Source: Vicugna vicugna (Eukaryota). From it: a stretch of 64,000 bases of DNA. Below are positions 36,390 through 47,900 of the stretch, one piece after another; the stretch's first letter is position 1; every line of letters starts with the position of its first letter. A model generated the notes under the pieces. It saw nothing but the letters and a program-made list of their open reading frames with translations. It was not told the DNA's origin and did no database searches. The translations under genes were made by a program, and so were the position numbers. The stretch spans positions 7,559,191-7,623,190 of the forward strand of contig MU062417.1 of assembly GCA_013265495.1 (NCBI GenBank), read 5' to 3'.

Positions 36390-36810
36390 AAACAAAAACA
36401 ACTGTAAAAAAGAATGATCATACTTTTTAGATTATTGGCAATAGTTTTGGTACTGTTACGCTTGTGAGTACTGTGTAAATTGTGGAATACATTTAAAAAG
36501 TGATTATGTGGATAATCTAATTCTATCATTCCTGATGTCGTTGAAAACTGTTAATTCTTTGTGTGAGAGAAAGAAAATAGAGATGTACACTTAAAAATAT
36601 TAAGTAAGAACTCTGAGGTCTGAATTCAAAGTGGTATTGAAATGAGTATAAACCATGATGTATTTTGTCTTAAATTTCTTTTCTTAGTTCTGTCCATGGA
36701 AGTGATTTATAGGGATTGATCAGTTCCGTAGCAGGGTGCAGACGGATGTCTTTATAAGTATCACTTCCACTAAAAGGGATCCATGATCCTTGGGAAGATG
36801 TCTGGGAAAG
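36390..36810 (+). mobile_element. L1MC-type 3' region
   Basis: attattggcaatagttttggtact...ttctgtccatggaa...tataagtatcacttccactaaaagggatcca.gatccttggga. Confidence 0.7.
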
Positions 36811-39059
36811 GAAATTACATGAAATTAAGTTGGGAAAATCTTGTCTGGGCAGATAGCAAGGCAGCTATGATAAACCGCTAGGATTTTGCCAAAAGGTTTC
36901 AGGAAACAACTTGAGTTTGGCCAAAATTGGAATATGTGAACATCAGTAAGGGTAACTATGGTGAATTTAAATACTCATATAGTTAAATCCAGGGATTTAA
37001 CCACGAGGTCATCATAATCCTGAGAAAACAAGCATAACTGGTCATCATGGAAGGATGCCAGTGAATCCACTTATCATTTAGAAAACTGGTACGTGAAGGG
37101 AAAGATGCGAACATTTGTGCTGATGCCAGCCCTGTGGCCAGAAAACGTGACGATTTAGGGCACAGAAGCTATAGGTTTTCTGACTCCGCTGTGAACTGAG
37201 AATTTAAAATTTTGGTTGTATCATTTCTTTCTTTTGCTCGTATGTTCATTTCCTTGCTCCTTCCTTCCTCTCCCTGCTCAGTCCCTGCATTTCCTGTGCT
37301 ATTCATCATAGTCTTACGGGATCTTCTCCTCAGTCTTGTAAGGTCTTGGCTCCACTAGACGCTTCATTCAGGTGAGGGCGAGTAGTATGTAAGTGACCGC
37401 TTTTGCCCTTGTGTGGTGCTGAATGCCGATATCTCATCCTTCGGGACTAAGCAGAGCAGGTTCATAGGTGCGTGGAAAGTGAGGCTGGAGACCTGTGGCG
37501 TGGGCTGGTGCTCACTGTTCCTGGGCCCAGATGGTGCCGCAAAAGTAGGTTTCAGGTCTTTAGCGGCCGTATTTTGATGTGGTTGGAACAAATATGGACC
37601 CCAAGCTCTAAATATTGTGAGGCTTAAGTGTAGGTTAAATATTAATTCAGGGCTTTATCCAGAGTCGACTCTGTCAACCATACATTGGTATTGCAGAGCT
37701 AAAATATTTGGCTTGATTGATTCACCCTAGTTCCTTTAATGTCAAACCTCATCATACAATATAGTTACTCTCGATGGTCCAGACCACCTGGGAATTTTCC
37801 ATTCGATTCTTATTTTCTATTAACACAGAGATTTAGTCTTATTCTGTAGCACATATTAATACCTCTAAGGGAGTCTAACCTTGGTTTAATACTTACTTAG
37901 TAGTGACTAGGATCTGATTATAGGAATTGATGGCCCAGTCCATTAAAACAGGCTTTGAGCCCAAGTTCCTGGCTCTACTTACTTGTGTTTGGGACCTGAG
38001 ATTTGGCAGGAAGAAAAGTTTTGCTCCTGTGGGCTACTTCTGGGGAGCGACTTTCATCTGAACCACATTCATGGCGGTTCTCCTTGGTGCTCCGTCTTGT
38101 GTTGCATTGGAAGATGTTGGTTTTACATCTTTACAACCGCTGTGTTTTGGATGGACTTGCAAAGAAGGTCATGGCAGGGAGTCTGTTAACGCAGCAGCCT
38201 CAAGAATTTAGCCAAGGAAAACTTCCCTTCCTGGGGTTAACATTCAAATATTTATAAATGATGTCCACATTATTGTTTATGTTCATTAAAAATGGAACAG
38301 TTTGGTTCAGTTTATGAAGTTTCCTTTTTGGATAAATTTCAAGTAATTTATTAGGCCATGGAACGTCCCTTGGTTCTTAGGGAACAACCAAGAAGGGGAG
38401 AGAGGCGCAAAGCAATTCACGTGCATCCCTTGAGGCAGAACTCAGGCCGAGAGCCATCCAATAGGATGCCTCCCTGCTCCTGCAGGACCTCCCCCAGGTA
38501 CCACTCAATGGCTTTATTCTCCCAGATTTCTTTGTTTCCTCTTTCCTCGGAAATTGGAGCCTCATTCGCCTGTTTTCATTACCCTCAGAGGTTTTTTTCC
38601 CCTTGATGATGACTTATTCCTACATTCTAGAGTAAGGACCCTGGATAGAGAGGAAAAGCTGGAGCAGGACCTCTGCAAATCTCAGACCAGTCCACACAGA
38701 GTCACAGGAGTCAGTCAGGGTCCCAGGGAGAACACGTGAACAGGAAACATTAGCTGACAAGGAAAAGGAATCCCCCCTGAAATGTCTTCTCCAGATTTCT
38801 CTTGTTTGTTCTCTCTCATTTTTGTTTGCTGCAGGAAGTACGTATGTCTTGTGTTAAGGAAGTAGTCGATCATTTTTAGTAACTCAGGAGTATATTTCAT
38901 TTGTTAAACCTGTCTTCAGGGTAAAGTATGCCCTACAGGACACACAGTGCAAGAGGTTTTAGACTGTCCATATTCAGACACCTCGTCCTTTATAAGGAGG
39001 GACGATATCCATTATCTTTGGGGAACTATATGATATTGGGCCATGTGGTAGATTGTTAA

Positions 39060-39200
39060 GTAATGACTTCTGGTGAGTCACACCTTCTGATGTCCAAGCA
39101 CGTATGTATTTCTCTTGCACATGGACTCTGAACTTAGCTACTGGCTTGCTTTGGCCAATGAGACATCACAAATGTGACTGATAGATACTTGCAAGTTGCT
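39060..39200 (+). mobile_element. MLT1 LTR 5' fragment
   Basis: ctgaacttagctactggcttgctttggccaatgagacat.acaaatgtgac. Confidence 0.6.
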
Positions 39201-39395
39201 AGGAGAGTAGATCATAAATGTTCCCCCACAAACACACCCGCAGAGGTAATTACATGAAATGATAGAGGTGTTAACTAACCTTATTGTGGTCATCATTTCA
39301 TAATATCTATGTATATCAAATTACCATGCTGTACATCTTAAACTTACACAATGTTGTATGTTAATTATATATTAACAAAGCTGGGAAAAAAATTT
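39200..39395 (+). mobile_element. L1MA/L1MB 3' terminus
   Basis: gagagtagatcataaatgttc...gaggtgttaactaaccttattgtggtcatcatttcataat..atgtatatcaaatta..atgctgtacatcttaaacttacacaatgtt.tatgttaattatat.t.aacaaagctgggaaaaa. Confidence 0.9.
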
Positions 39396-39588
39396 TGAAA
39401 ATATGACTATATAGAAATGAGACTGCTTTCCATAAGGTACACCTGGAATCTGTTCCATTGCTCAGGACTCTCTGAGTATATATTGTATGTTTAAGGGTGG
39501 TAAGAGATTATAAAGGTTGGATGGAAGAGTATGTGAAATTGGGGAACTAGAGAAGACATGGGTGGGGGTGTGTTATATACATGCACAT

Positions 39589-39590
<2 letters not shown>

Positions 39591-39632
<42 letters not shown>
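39591..39632. repeat. (AG)21 microsatellite
   Basis: Direct reading. Confidence 0.97.
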
Positions 39633-39636
<4 letters not shown>

Positions 39637-41369
39637 CTGATATCAGGGAAATGATTAGAGGAAGCTAGTTAAATAGATATGATTCTTGGTGGGTTGTGAT
39701 GTCCTGAACAGCACCAGTGGTAGGAACATGCTCACTCCTGAGTTCAGGACCTAATGATGAAAACAGTCTACCTGTGGCATCAAAGCCCTGGCTTATAATT
39801 AAAAGTCAGATGAATGAAAACATTGATATTCCAGGGGATTCAATCCTAGGGTTCTTTTTATTTTTTCTTTGTATTGTTTGAAATTCTTTGCCAATTAAAT
39901 GTCTAATGTTGGGCCACAAGGGAAAATGGGGCATCAAAAAAGCAAATGATCTTATTTTGCACCAAATTGCCTATAGACTGTCCTATATAGTCTGGATTTT
40001 TTTTAACACTACTCAGGTTAGAGAGAAAGAAATAGACTTTTCCCAATGAATAGGAAAAGACAATATAGTAAAGGATATTCACAATTAGAATTATGTCCAT
40101 AAAGCAATGCCTTATTTAAAACATTCTTTCTAATGTATGTGTGTGTGTGTTTGTGTACGTGTGTATGGATGTGTGCTTTGCAAAGCACATTTTTGGTAGC
40201 TCAGGTGTCCTCCGAGTTGAGGTTTCACAGCCCGTGTACTGTCACTGGGGGCACTGACGCTTTGGTACTGCTGTGTCCTGTGGGGCTTACCCACCTTTTG
40301 TCTGATCAGCTTCTTCCTGCATGTTAATGCTCATTTGCAGCGAAACAAAATGAATCCTCATGCAATAAACACTTCCCACAGGTCTGCAAAGTGGTGAGGA
40401 GACTTAGCACCCAATTACTTTTGATTTATAATAAGCAATTAAAATGTACACACCCACACCAGCACCCACACGGATACATCACACATACTGTGAAAGACAC
40501 CATCACTGCTGTACCCACTGGGATCTAAAGCTCTTTTGACTGTTCCAGCATAGAAACCCCCATTCTTGTTAGATGGGAAGAGTTGGAAGCAGTATTAATT
40601 ACCTCCTTTTCACTGCTCCCCTAATTGTCTTGCTGTTATAACTATGATGATTTCTTAGGGAGAAATCACTTGATGTGAAGCAAGATGCTGTTTGCCGAGC
40701 ACCTCATCCCGAATCACCAGGTTAGATGGCTTTCTTCCTCTCTGCAAAGTGATGAGAACACGAAGGGAAAGGAAGCAGGTGTGACAGGTGGACCTGCTGT
40801 GTCAGATGCTCCTTGGGGTGGAATGATTCCTGGCACTGCGAGGAGTATGAAGGAGAATTTCCATGGTCTCTTTTGCTAAACAATTAACTTAAGGACTCTT
40901 CTTTGTGCTTATAAACAATTTCTAAATTACAATGTTACCTCTCTTCCCTTCTTGTCACTTCACACCCTCTAGCTGCCTCACAGGGCTCCACCCCATACAA
41001 CACCTTCTCTGTGAAAATTAAGGAAGTGGTGAACCAGGGTCAATGGTGAGGTCGTTCCCAGCGAGTTTTGGATGCAATCGGGTTAAACGGCTGTATTTTG
41101 ATTTTAAAGCCTTGTTACTTTAAGTGTGGTCTGGAGACCAGTGCTTTTGCAGAGGTAAATGTCAATCCAGGGGCCATGTAATGTGTTTGCACTTGCTCTC
41201 CCAAGGCTGTGCTAGAGTTTTCCTGGGAAAGAAACAGCGCATAGAAAAAAAAATTCCCAGGAGAAAAAATCTGAAGACCAATGAACTGCATTCTCCTACT
41301 GGCATCTTCAAAGTGTCTCAGAGCAGGTGCTGCCCATCTTTTCCTGTCCCCCGTCTGCTGGAGACCAAC

Positions 41370-41521
41370 TGCCTTGGTTACTTGTTAAAGTTACTTGTGA
41401 AAATACAGATTCCTGGAACCCGGTAAAATTCTGGTTTCGTAGTCTAGCCTGGGAGCTGAGAATCTGTGTGTTACAAGCACCTTGAAGATCCTTATGCACG
41501 CCAATGGCTGAGAACCCCTGT
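41370..41521 (+). mobile_element. MER5-like hAT fragment
   Basis: cttgtgaaaatacagattcctgg...gctgagaatctgtgtgttacaagcaccttgaagatcctt...tgagaacccctg. Confidence 0.6.
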
Positions 41522-42129
41522 TAAAGGTAAGGAGTGAAAGCTCAGATAGCATTCACCTTGATACACAGAATTGCTCTTGGATCAAGGTTTCTAGTTCACT
41601 GAGGATAAGTACTGTCTTATACTTGTGATGTAATTTGTATCATCAAAATTCTGTTCATGTGTGTATATGTATGTGACATTTGGTCTTCAGAGTCAGTTGA
41701 GAAAAAAAATCAGAAGCAGTTGGGAAAGGAAATTAACTCTATCAGGTGTCTACTACCAGTCAGGTACTCTGGCTCCAACTGTTCTGTTGTTACATTATAT
41801 TATATACATGCCTAACAGTATCGCCATTTTCATTTTATGGAGGGTGTTACAAGACAGATCTTAGTTACTAACTTTGGGCCACAAATCTTCCATATGTGAT
41901 GATAGCAGAGGCTGTCAGTGGTCTCCCCAGTGTTGAATCTCCTTTTCTTCCTATGTGATAAAATAAAGCTCTTTGTAACTGGACACGTGGACTCAGGACT
42001 AATTAATGAGTGCATTATCTGGACTTCCTTGCAGCTAGATGTGGGCCTGTGATAAAGTTTAGCTCTTGGTTTTGTGCTGCTTCCAGGGGTATCCTTTTGA
42101 TATTTTTCATTTTATTTTGTTAACTGTTA

Positions 42130-42280
42130 TCTTTTTTTTTATTGTGGAAACTTTCAAACTTTTACAAAAGTAGAGAGAATAATATAATAAATCTCTAGGT
42201 ACTACTTATCCAACAGTTATCAACGGTTGGTGAATCTGTATTCTGTCTCTTCCTCTACCCACTCCCAATACCCGCCACCC
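42130..42280 (-). mobile_element. L1MC/L1ME 3' end fragment
   Basis: ttttattgtggaaactttcaaacttttacaaaagtagagagaataatataataaa. Confidence 0.65.
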
Positions 42281-42603
42281 TCCACTGGCTGTGAAGTACC
42301 ACTGAAAGAGGAAGAATGTACCTGTCCTCATCCCTTGTTGCTGGATGCCCCCCAGTGAGAAGGTCAGACCCTGACGGATGGTAATGGGGTTCACTTATTA
42401 ACTCTCCACCTTCTCACACAAAGAAGTTCCATTTAGCTGCTCGGTGCCTCAATCCTAAGGATTCCATTAAGCCAAGGATCACTGCATAATCAAGAAAAGC
42501 CCCAAACATGACAGTGTCAAAAATCAACCAATGTAAATAAAAGTAAATTTGAGAGTACAGAAACAATGCAGAGAACAAAAAAAATTTAAAAATAAAACAA
42601 GAA

Positions 42604-42670
42604 GGAGGGTAATAGCTTAGCAGTAGAGCTTAGCATACACAAATGGGTTCTATCCCCAGTACCTGCATTA
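42604..42670 (+). mobile_element. tRNA-Ala-derived SINE, copy 3 (degenerate, internally deleted)
   Basis: ggagggtaatagcttagcagtagagcttagcatacacaaatgggttctatccccagtacctgcatt. Confidence 0.75.

Positions 42671-42676
<6 letters not shown>

Positions 42677-42704
<28 letters not shown>
42677..42704. repeat. (CA)14 microsatellite in the SINE tail
   Basis: Direct reading. Confidence 0.95.
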
Positions 42705-43309
42705 GCAACCAGCATAGCTATGACCCATATTCTCAGATCTGTAAAAGCAGATATCCTATCCATAAAACAAAAATAGGATAGCCTCACCAAAAGCAACAAC
42801 ATTACAACAATAACAAACCAGAAAAACAACATAAGAGAACCAGGCAGAACTCTTGCAATGTAACAATATAATAGCAGAAATGAAAAAAAAATCAGTTGAA
42901 GAGTTGGAAGATAAAGTTGAAGAAAACTCCCAGCATGTATGAAATGACCAAATGATAAAAATTAGGGGCTCAATTTAAGAGCCCTGACTTCAAATGTAAG
43001 AATACTGGAATGAAACAGAAAAGAGAAAATGTAGAGGGGATATTAAGGAAACCATTTAACAAAATTTCTCTGAACTGAAAAGCACGAGTTTTCATAAACA
43101 AAGGGTCTACTAAGTACTGATTATATTAATGAAGAAATCTTGCACCTCAGCATTCGTTGTGGGCTGAAGAGTCATAAAGAGAAGTTCCTGAAAGTTTCTG
43201 AAGAGCTAAAAAACCAGGTCACAGACATGAGATCAGGAGTCGGATGGGTCTTGGGCCTCTCCAGAGCATCAAGGGAAGGTGGGAGGATGGTGTGGAGAGG
43301 AGGCACATG

Positions 43310-43573
43310 GACAGAGAGAAAGGAGTTTGAAGATCTAGCTGCTGGCTTTGAAGACACTGATATAGGAAGCTTCTGGAAGCTGGGATGGGCAAGGAACCCA
43401 AAGGATGTAGGAAGCTTCTGGAAGCTGGAATGGACAAGGAAAAGATCTTCAGAGGGAAACAGACCTGAGGATTTATTTTAGACTTCTGACCTCCGGAACT
43501 GTAGTAGTACATTTGTGTTTTAAGCCACTCCATTTGCTATAATATGTTACATTAGCAAGAGGAAACCAATCTA
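43310..43573 (+). mobile_element. MLT1D-like MaLR LTR (partial) with an internal 45-bp duplication
   Basis: tttgaagatctagctgctggctttgaagac...ctggaagctggaa.ggacaaggaaa...gacttctgacctccggaactgta...tgtgttttaagccact...ggaaaccaatcta. Confidence 0.85.
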
Positions 43574-43892
43574 CTGGCCAAATTGTTAGCAAAGTGTGCA
43601 GGCAAAGTAAAGATATTTTAGATACTCATGTCTGAAAACTTTTACCTCCCTTTTCTTTTTATCAGGGATTTATTAGAGATTGTGTTCTAGTAAAACAGGG
43701 TTCAGCATGAGAAAGACTATGACACGAGGTCCGGGAAACAAGACGCCCATAGGCAAGGGGCGAGGGGTATTCCCGTGATAAGGGTATAAGGAAGTCCCAG
43801 GTAGACAACAGGGCAGAATTTCGAAAAGCAACTGTTCCAGATCGGAGCAGCTCCAGGCAGGGCTGGATGAGGCTTGATGGTTCTTCATTTGC

Positions 43893-44090
43893 TTGTGTTG
43901 TGTTAAGAGCTCAGCCTTCAAAATCCAGAATGCCTGGGTTTCAACTTGGTTTCATCACTTATTATCCATGTAGCCAAATTATTTAATTCAGTTCTCTGTT
44001 TTGCAAAATGAAAAAATAATAGTGCTACCACATAGGGTTGAGGTGAGGATTAAATTAACACATGTGGAGTGCTTAAAATAGTTTCTGATA
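43893..44090 (+). mobile_element. MIR SINE
   Basis: gtgttaagagctcagcctt.aaaatccagaatgcctgggtttcaa...aaaatgaaaaaataatagtgctaccacatagggttgaggtgaggattaaat. Confidence 0.88.
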
Positions 44091-44329
44091 CCCAGGACTG
44101 AATTGTTACCTTTTCATTGTTAAACATGTTTGAGAATTATGTTGCCTATTTGAGGGGAGGAATTACTGATAGGTACATCGAATAGCGAACAGATACACCT
44201 CTCCATGAGACAACTACCAACAGTATTGTAGTGCGAGTTACAGATGTCAAAGCTATTTACTGTCATAATTATGTATGCATTTGCTATTGATTTAACCGAC
44301 ACTGTGGTTTAAGTGTTTCAGGAGGTTGG

Positions 44330-44580
44330 TAGAGGGTGCGGTGTGTGTGGTGGGGGAAATGAGTTGGTAGAACCGGACATCAAATGATAAAGTATCAAAC
44401 TGTAAAATCAAGTATAGCAGTGTATTATTTAGATACAGGTAAAAGAGTTAACGTTGATTGTCTCTAGGGATTAGGTATTGGAGTGGGGAACAGTTGATTT
44501 CCATTATAAGCCCCATGGCACTACTTGACTTTTTAAAATATGTACGTGGATACTTTGATAAATTTTTTAAAATAAATAAT
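44330..44580 (+). mobile_element. L1ME 3' end fragment
   Basis: gttaacgttgattgtctctaggga...ccattataagccccatggcactacttgactttttaaaatatgtacgtggatactttgataaa. Confidence 0.65.
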
Positions 44581-44773
44581 CAACATATGCTATAGAACAC
44601 GTTCAGCAAGGTAGGCAAACCACATAAGCTTTATTACCAGTAGTGATGTGTTTAAAATTCTTTGACTCTATTGTCCAAAAATGTGGACTGTAGAACAAAA
44701 ATTAACTTCAATGTTTTAGAAATTTCAAACATTAAGCAACCTGTAGGTCTTGTCTCTAGGGACATCTCAAAGC

Positions 44774-44971
44774 CAGTGGTGCCCAACATGGGCTGCAAAT
44801 AAAAACCACATGGGTTGTACATTTATAGTCACTGGAGGAACTTTTAAAACTTCTAATGCCTCAGCTCTGCCCCAGACCAATGAAGTCAGAATCTCTGGGG
44901 GTGGATCCAAATATCAATATTGTAAAGCTCCCCAGGTGATTATAACGTGCTGCCAAGGTTGAAGACAACTG
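44774..44971 (+). mobile_element. MER5A-like hAT-Charlie element
   Basis: cagtggtgcccaac...tcactggaggaacttttaaaact..aatgcct...ccccagaccaatgaagtcagaatctctgggggtgg...aagctccccaggtgattataacgtgctgccaaggttgaagacaactg. Confidence 0.85.
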
Positions 44972-47900
44972 TATGAAAGCATTTTGAGTGATGTTTGATA
45001 GAATTTTTTTTTTTAAAACTCATTGGCTTTGTAGTAAGCAACACCCCACATTCATCAGCTTGGTAGGAACAGATGTACTGGTGGTAGGTTACAGGAATAA
45101 ATAAATATAAGTATAAATATATATGTGTGTGGGTGGGTATGGGTGTGTATTTCCTAAACATTGTCATTCGGATTAAGATCACGTTTGAGCACTTCTTTGG
45201 TTAATTTTGTCAAAGCATTTATAGCTATATACTGGTGTGTTTTTCAGTGTTTGTTTTTTTTTTGAGTTATGTAATACATGAGTCAGATTCCCACGTCTTA
45301 GAGGTTTAAATAGTGATTGCTATTGTTGAAACACACTGATTTGTGTGAATATAGGATTTACTAATGAACTAATGAATAATAACTAAATTATGCCGGGAAG
45401 ATCCAGTATTAATTACCATGTAATTCATACTGCAGTTTATAAATCAGATACAAAATCCAATAATTATAGGACAATTGCTCTGTAATTACCTTGACTCCAC
45501 ATAGTAATTATAGGGTAATTTTGTCAATAGTTCACATCACATATCCGTAAAAAGAACTGCTATTACTTTGCACCCTGGAGTTGAAAATAACTGGCTAGAC
45601 TATTCTAGCACCGATTTAGGGAGGAAACAATATATGATCTTCAGTCTGGTTCAGGATATAGGAGTCATCTCAGATTTAGTTTGTAACCTGCTCAGAATTT
45701 GGCATTGCAGTAACTGATACCAGAGAAACTTAATATGTACCAAATGGAAGTAAACAGGATTTAAACATCTTGTTATTCTGTAACATTCCAAAATTTAAGT
45801 TAAATCATAACTAAGCAGATGAAAGTTGGTATCTGTGTGGGACGAATGTACTTTGATTAAGAACAATTAGAACATGGTGAAAAATGCTGCTCTTCCTTTG
45901 AAGATGTAGCTTGAATAGTTTTATTCTTGCTGAACTTGAGTTGGCCAAAGCCTTCTTCAGCAAGTAGATAGACTATGACTTGCTTAGCTCTCTGCAGGGA
46001 GTTTTTTTCAGATGTTTCAGCTCCAGTGGCCTCACACTGTGCTGGGCAGCTAAGGAAAAGAGGTCTAAGAGGAGGAGGAGCCAATAGAATTGTTGCAAAG
46101 TGGGGGAAAACCTAGTATCACCCCCTGCCCAGCAAGGGGGCTTACAGTCTAAGACCAAATCTGAAGAAGGACAAAGAGGTTTCTGCCCATGTCCAAGCAG
46201 AGCTGAGACTGGAGGGAGACTGAATCTGGAAGACTGGTGTGTGGGTGCATTTCTTATGGTTCATATAAAGATAATGCATGTGCCAATAACTAGGGTGAGT
46301 CATTTCAGGGATTTCATTAGAATGGTGAAGAAACAGTGATAAGACATGGATGTATATGCCAGAACTCTGCCACCCACACAAAGGGTTACCCTTTGACTGT
46401 CAGCTCCCTGGGGAACAGGATGGGTGCCCAGAAAATGTTCAGATAAGCCTGTCTCTTCATTAGGGTCCTAGAAGTCCTCAGACATAAAGTTGAGAGGGTG
46501 AGCCTTCTGAAACTCTAGGCTGAGGTTCTGGATATCACAGATTTGGAATATTTTATTCTAATTGTTTAAAGTGATGACAGTCACAACCACAACAATATTG
46601 GGAAGGTTATAAAAATGAAATTCAATTAAATGATGAAACCCAACCTGTTAACTCCCAAAGCTTTCCTGCCAGGTCAGGATGGCCGAAGTTCAGCTCCTGG
46701 AACCGAAGGAGTGTTTATAATAGGGCACCACGTTTGGATCAGCTTCCAACTCCACCAGAGTAGAATGCAGACTCTCTGATTCCTGTCCACGCAAACATAA
46801 TGAGGTAATTGCTAGCTGGTCAATAAAGCAATGAAACCACAAGCAGGATGCAAACTCCACTGGGGCAAGACTTTGTAAATGGAACAAATAGTTCTGTAAA
46901 TATATCCTCACCTTCCAGAAATGCCCACCGAATTAGAAAAACAAAAACAAAAGCACCAAAAGAACTCCAAAGCTTGGCCTTTGATGCCCTCCACAAAGTG
47001 TCTTATTATGAATTGGAATCTTTTTTCCCACAGTGCGCTTGAGTATGTCCAATAACAGTCTTCTAGAATACTTCTCTCTTGTTAGCCAACCCTGCAATTT
47101 CCAATTACCAGGCCCTTCTCCTTATCTAAAATGACCCATTCATCAGTGTATCTGCTACCCAAATCTTATTCTTTAAGGCCCTGTGTAAATGGTACCTCTG
47201 CCAGGAAGCATTTTCTTATCACCCCAGGAAAAAGACCCCTCTTCTTTCTTGGAAATCCTAGATGTATTATCTCTCTATTTTTATACACAGCTTCTCTATT
47301 GGCTCCTGAGTTCCTGGGAGCAAGTAGCATGATTCACACATCTTCAGATCATTCCAAGATATGTGTTAAATTTCACAATACAATGAAAACTGGAGTGAAT
47401 GTACTTTTGGTATTTACTTTTTTTTAAAGTTTAAGCATTTTTAAGCTATGTAAAATACTGGACCCCAGGAGTGCTGATTCAAGATGTTAGCATTCTTAAA
47501 GTGTGAGATTTTGACCCCCACAAAAGGTCAATTTTATCCTAAACTTGTTAATAACAACTTGCTTTTTGATTGACACTGAAGATTCGGTGTAGGAATTTGA
47601 AGGTGACCTTTTTGAGTAATGGTAACAGATCTACAATTATATAAGTAGCACTCTTTGAAGAAGTTAAGGTATAGTTCCCTTAAGGTTTTGTGGGTACCAT
47701 CAGATCTGAAAGTGGGAACAGTGAAACAGAGGTCATGTGTGCTGTTGGAAGAGCCCGGTTAGAAGTTCAGGAGATGGAGGGCTCCCCATTTCTCTCCGTG
47801 ACTAGCCATGTTGCTTCCCTCAGTCACTATTGGGGCAGGCCAGGAAACACCTGTGTAAAATAAGGGATTTAGCTAAGGTGAGCTCCTAGACATCTTTTAG

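Larger units (their letters stand above)
42470..43680 (+). mobile_element. Old L1ME/HAL1-type ORF1-region fossil, interrupted by a SINE and MLT1D
   Basis: A-rich; aaatcagttgaagagttggaagataaagttgaagaaaactccca...aaaatttctctgaactgaaa...aaaaaccaggtcaca...gatcaggagtcggatgg. Resumes after the LTR with aaagtaaagatatttt...aaaactttacctccc. Confidence 0.7.

Noticed and set aside
36982-37001. 9-bp perfect inverted repeat gttaaatcc-ag-ggatttaac
   Set aside because: A few such stems are expected by chance in 64 kb.
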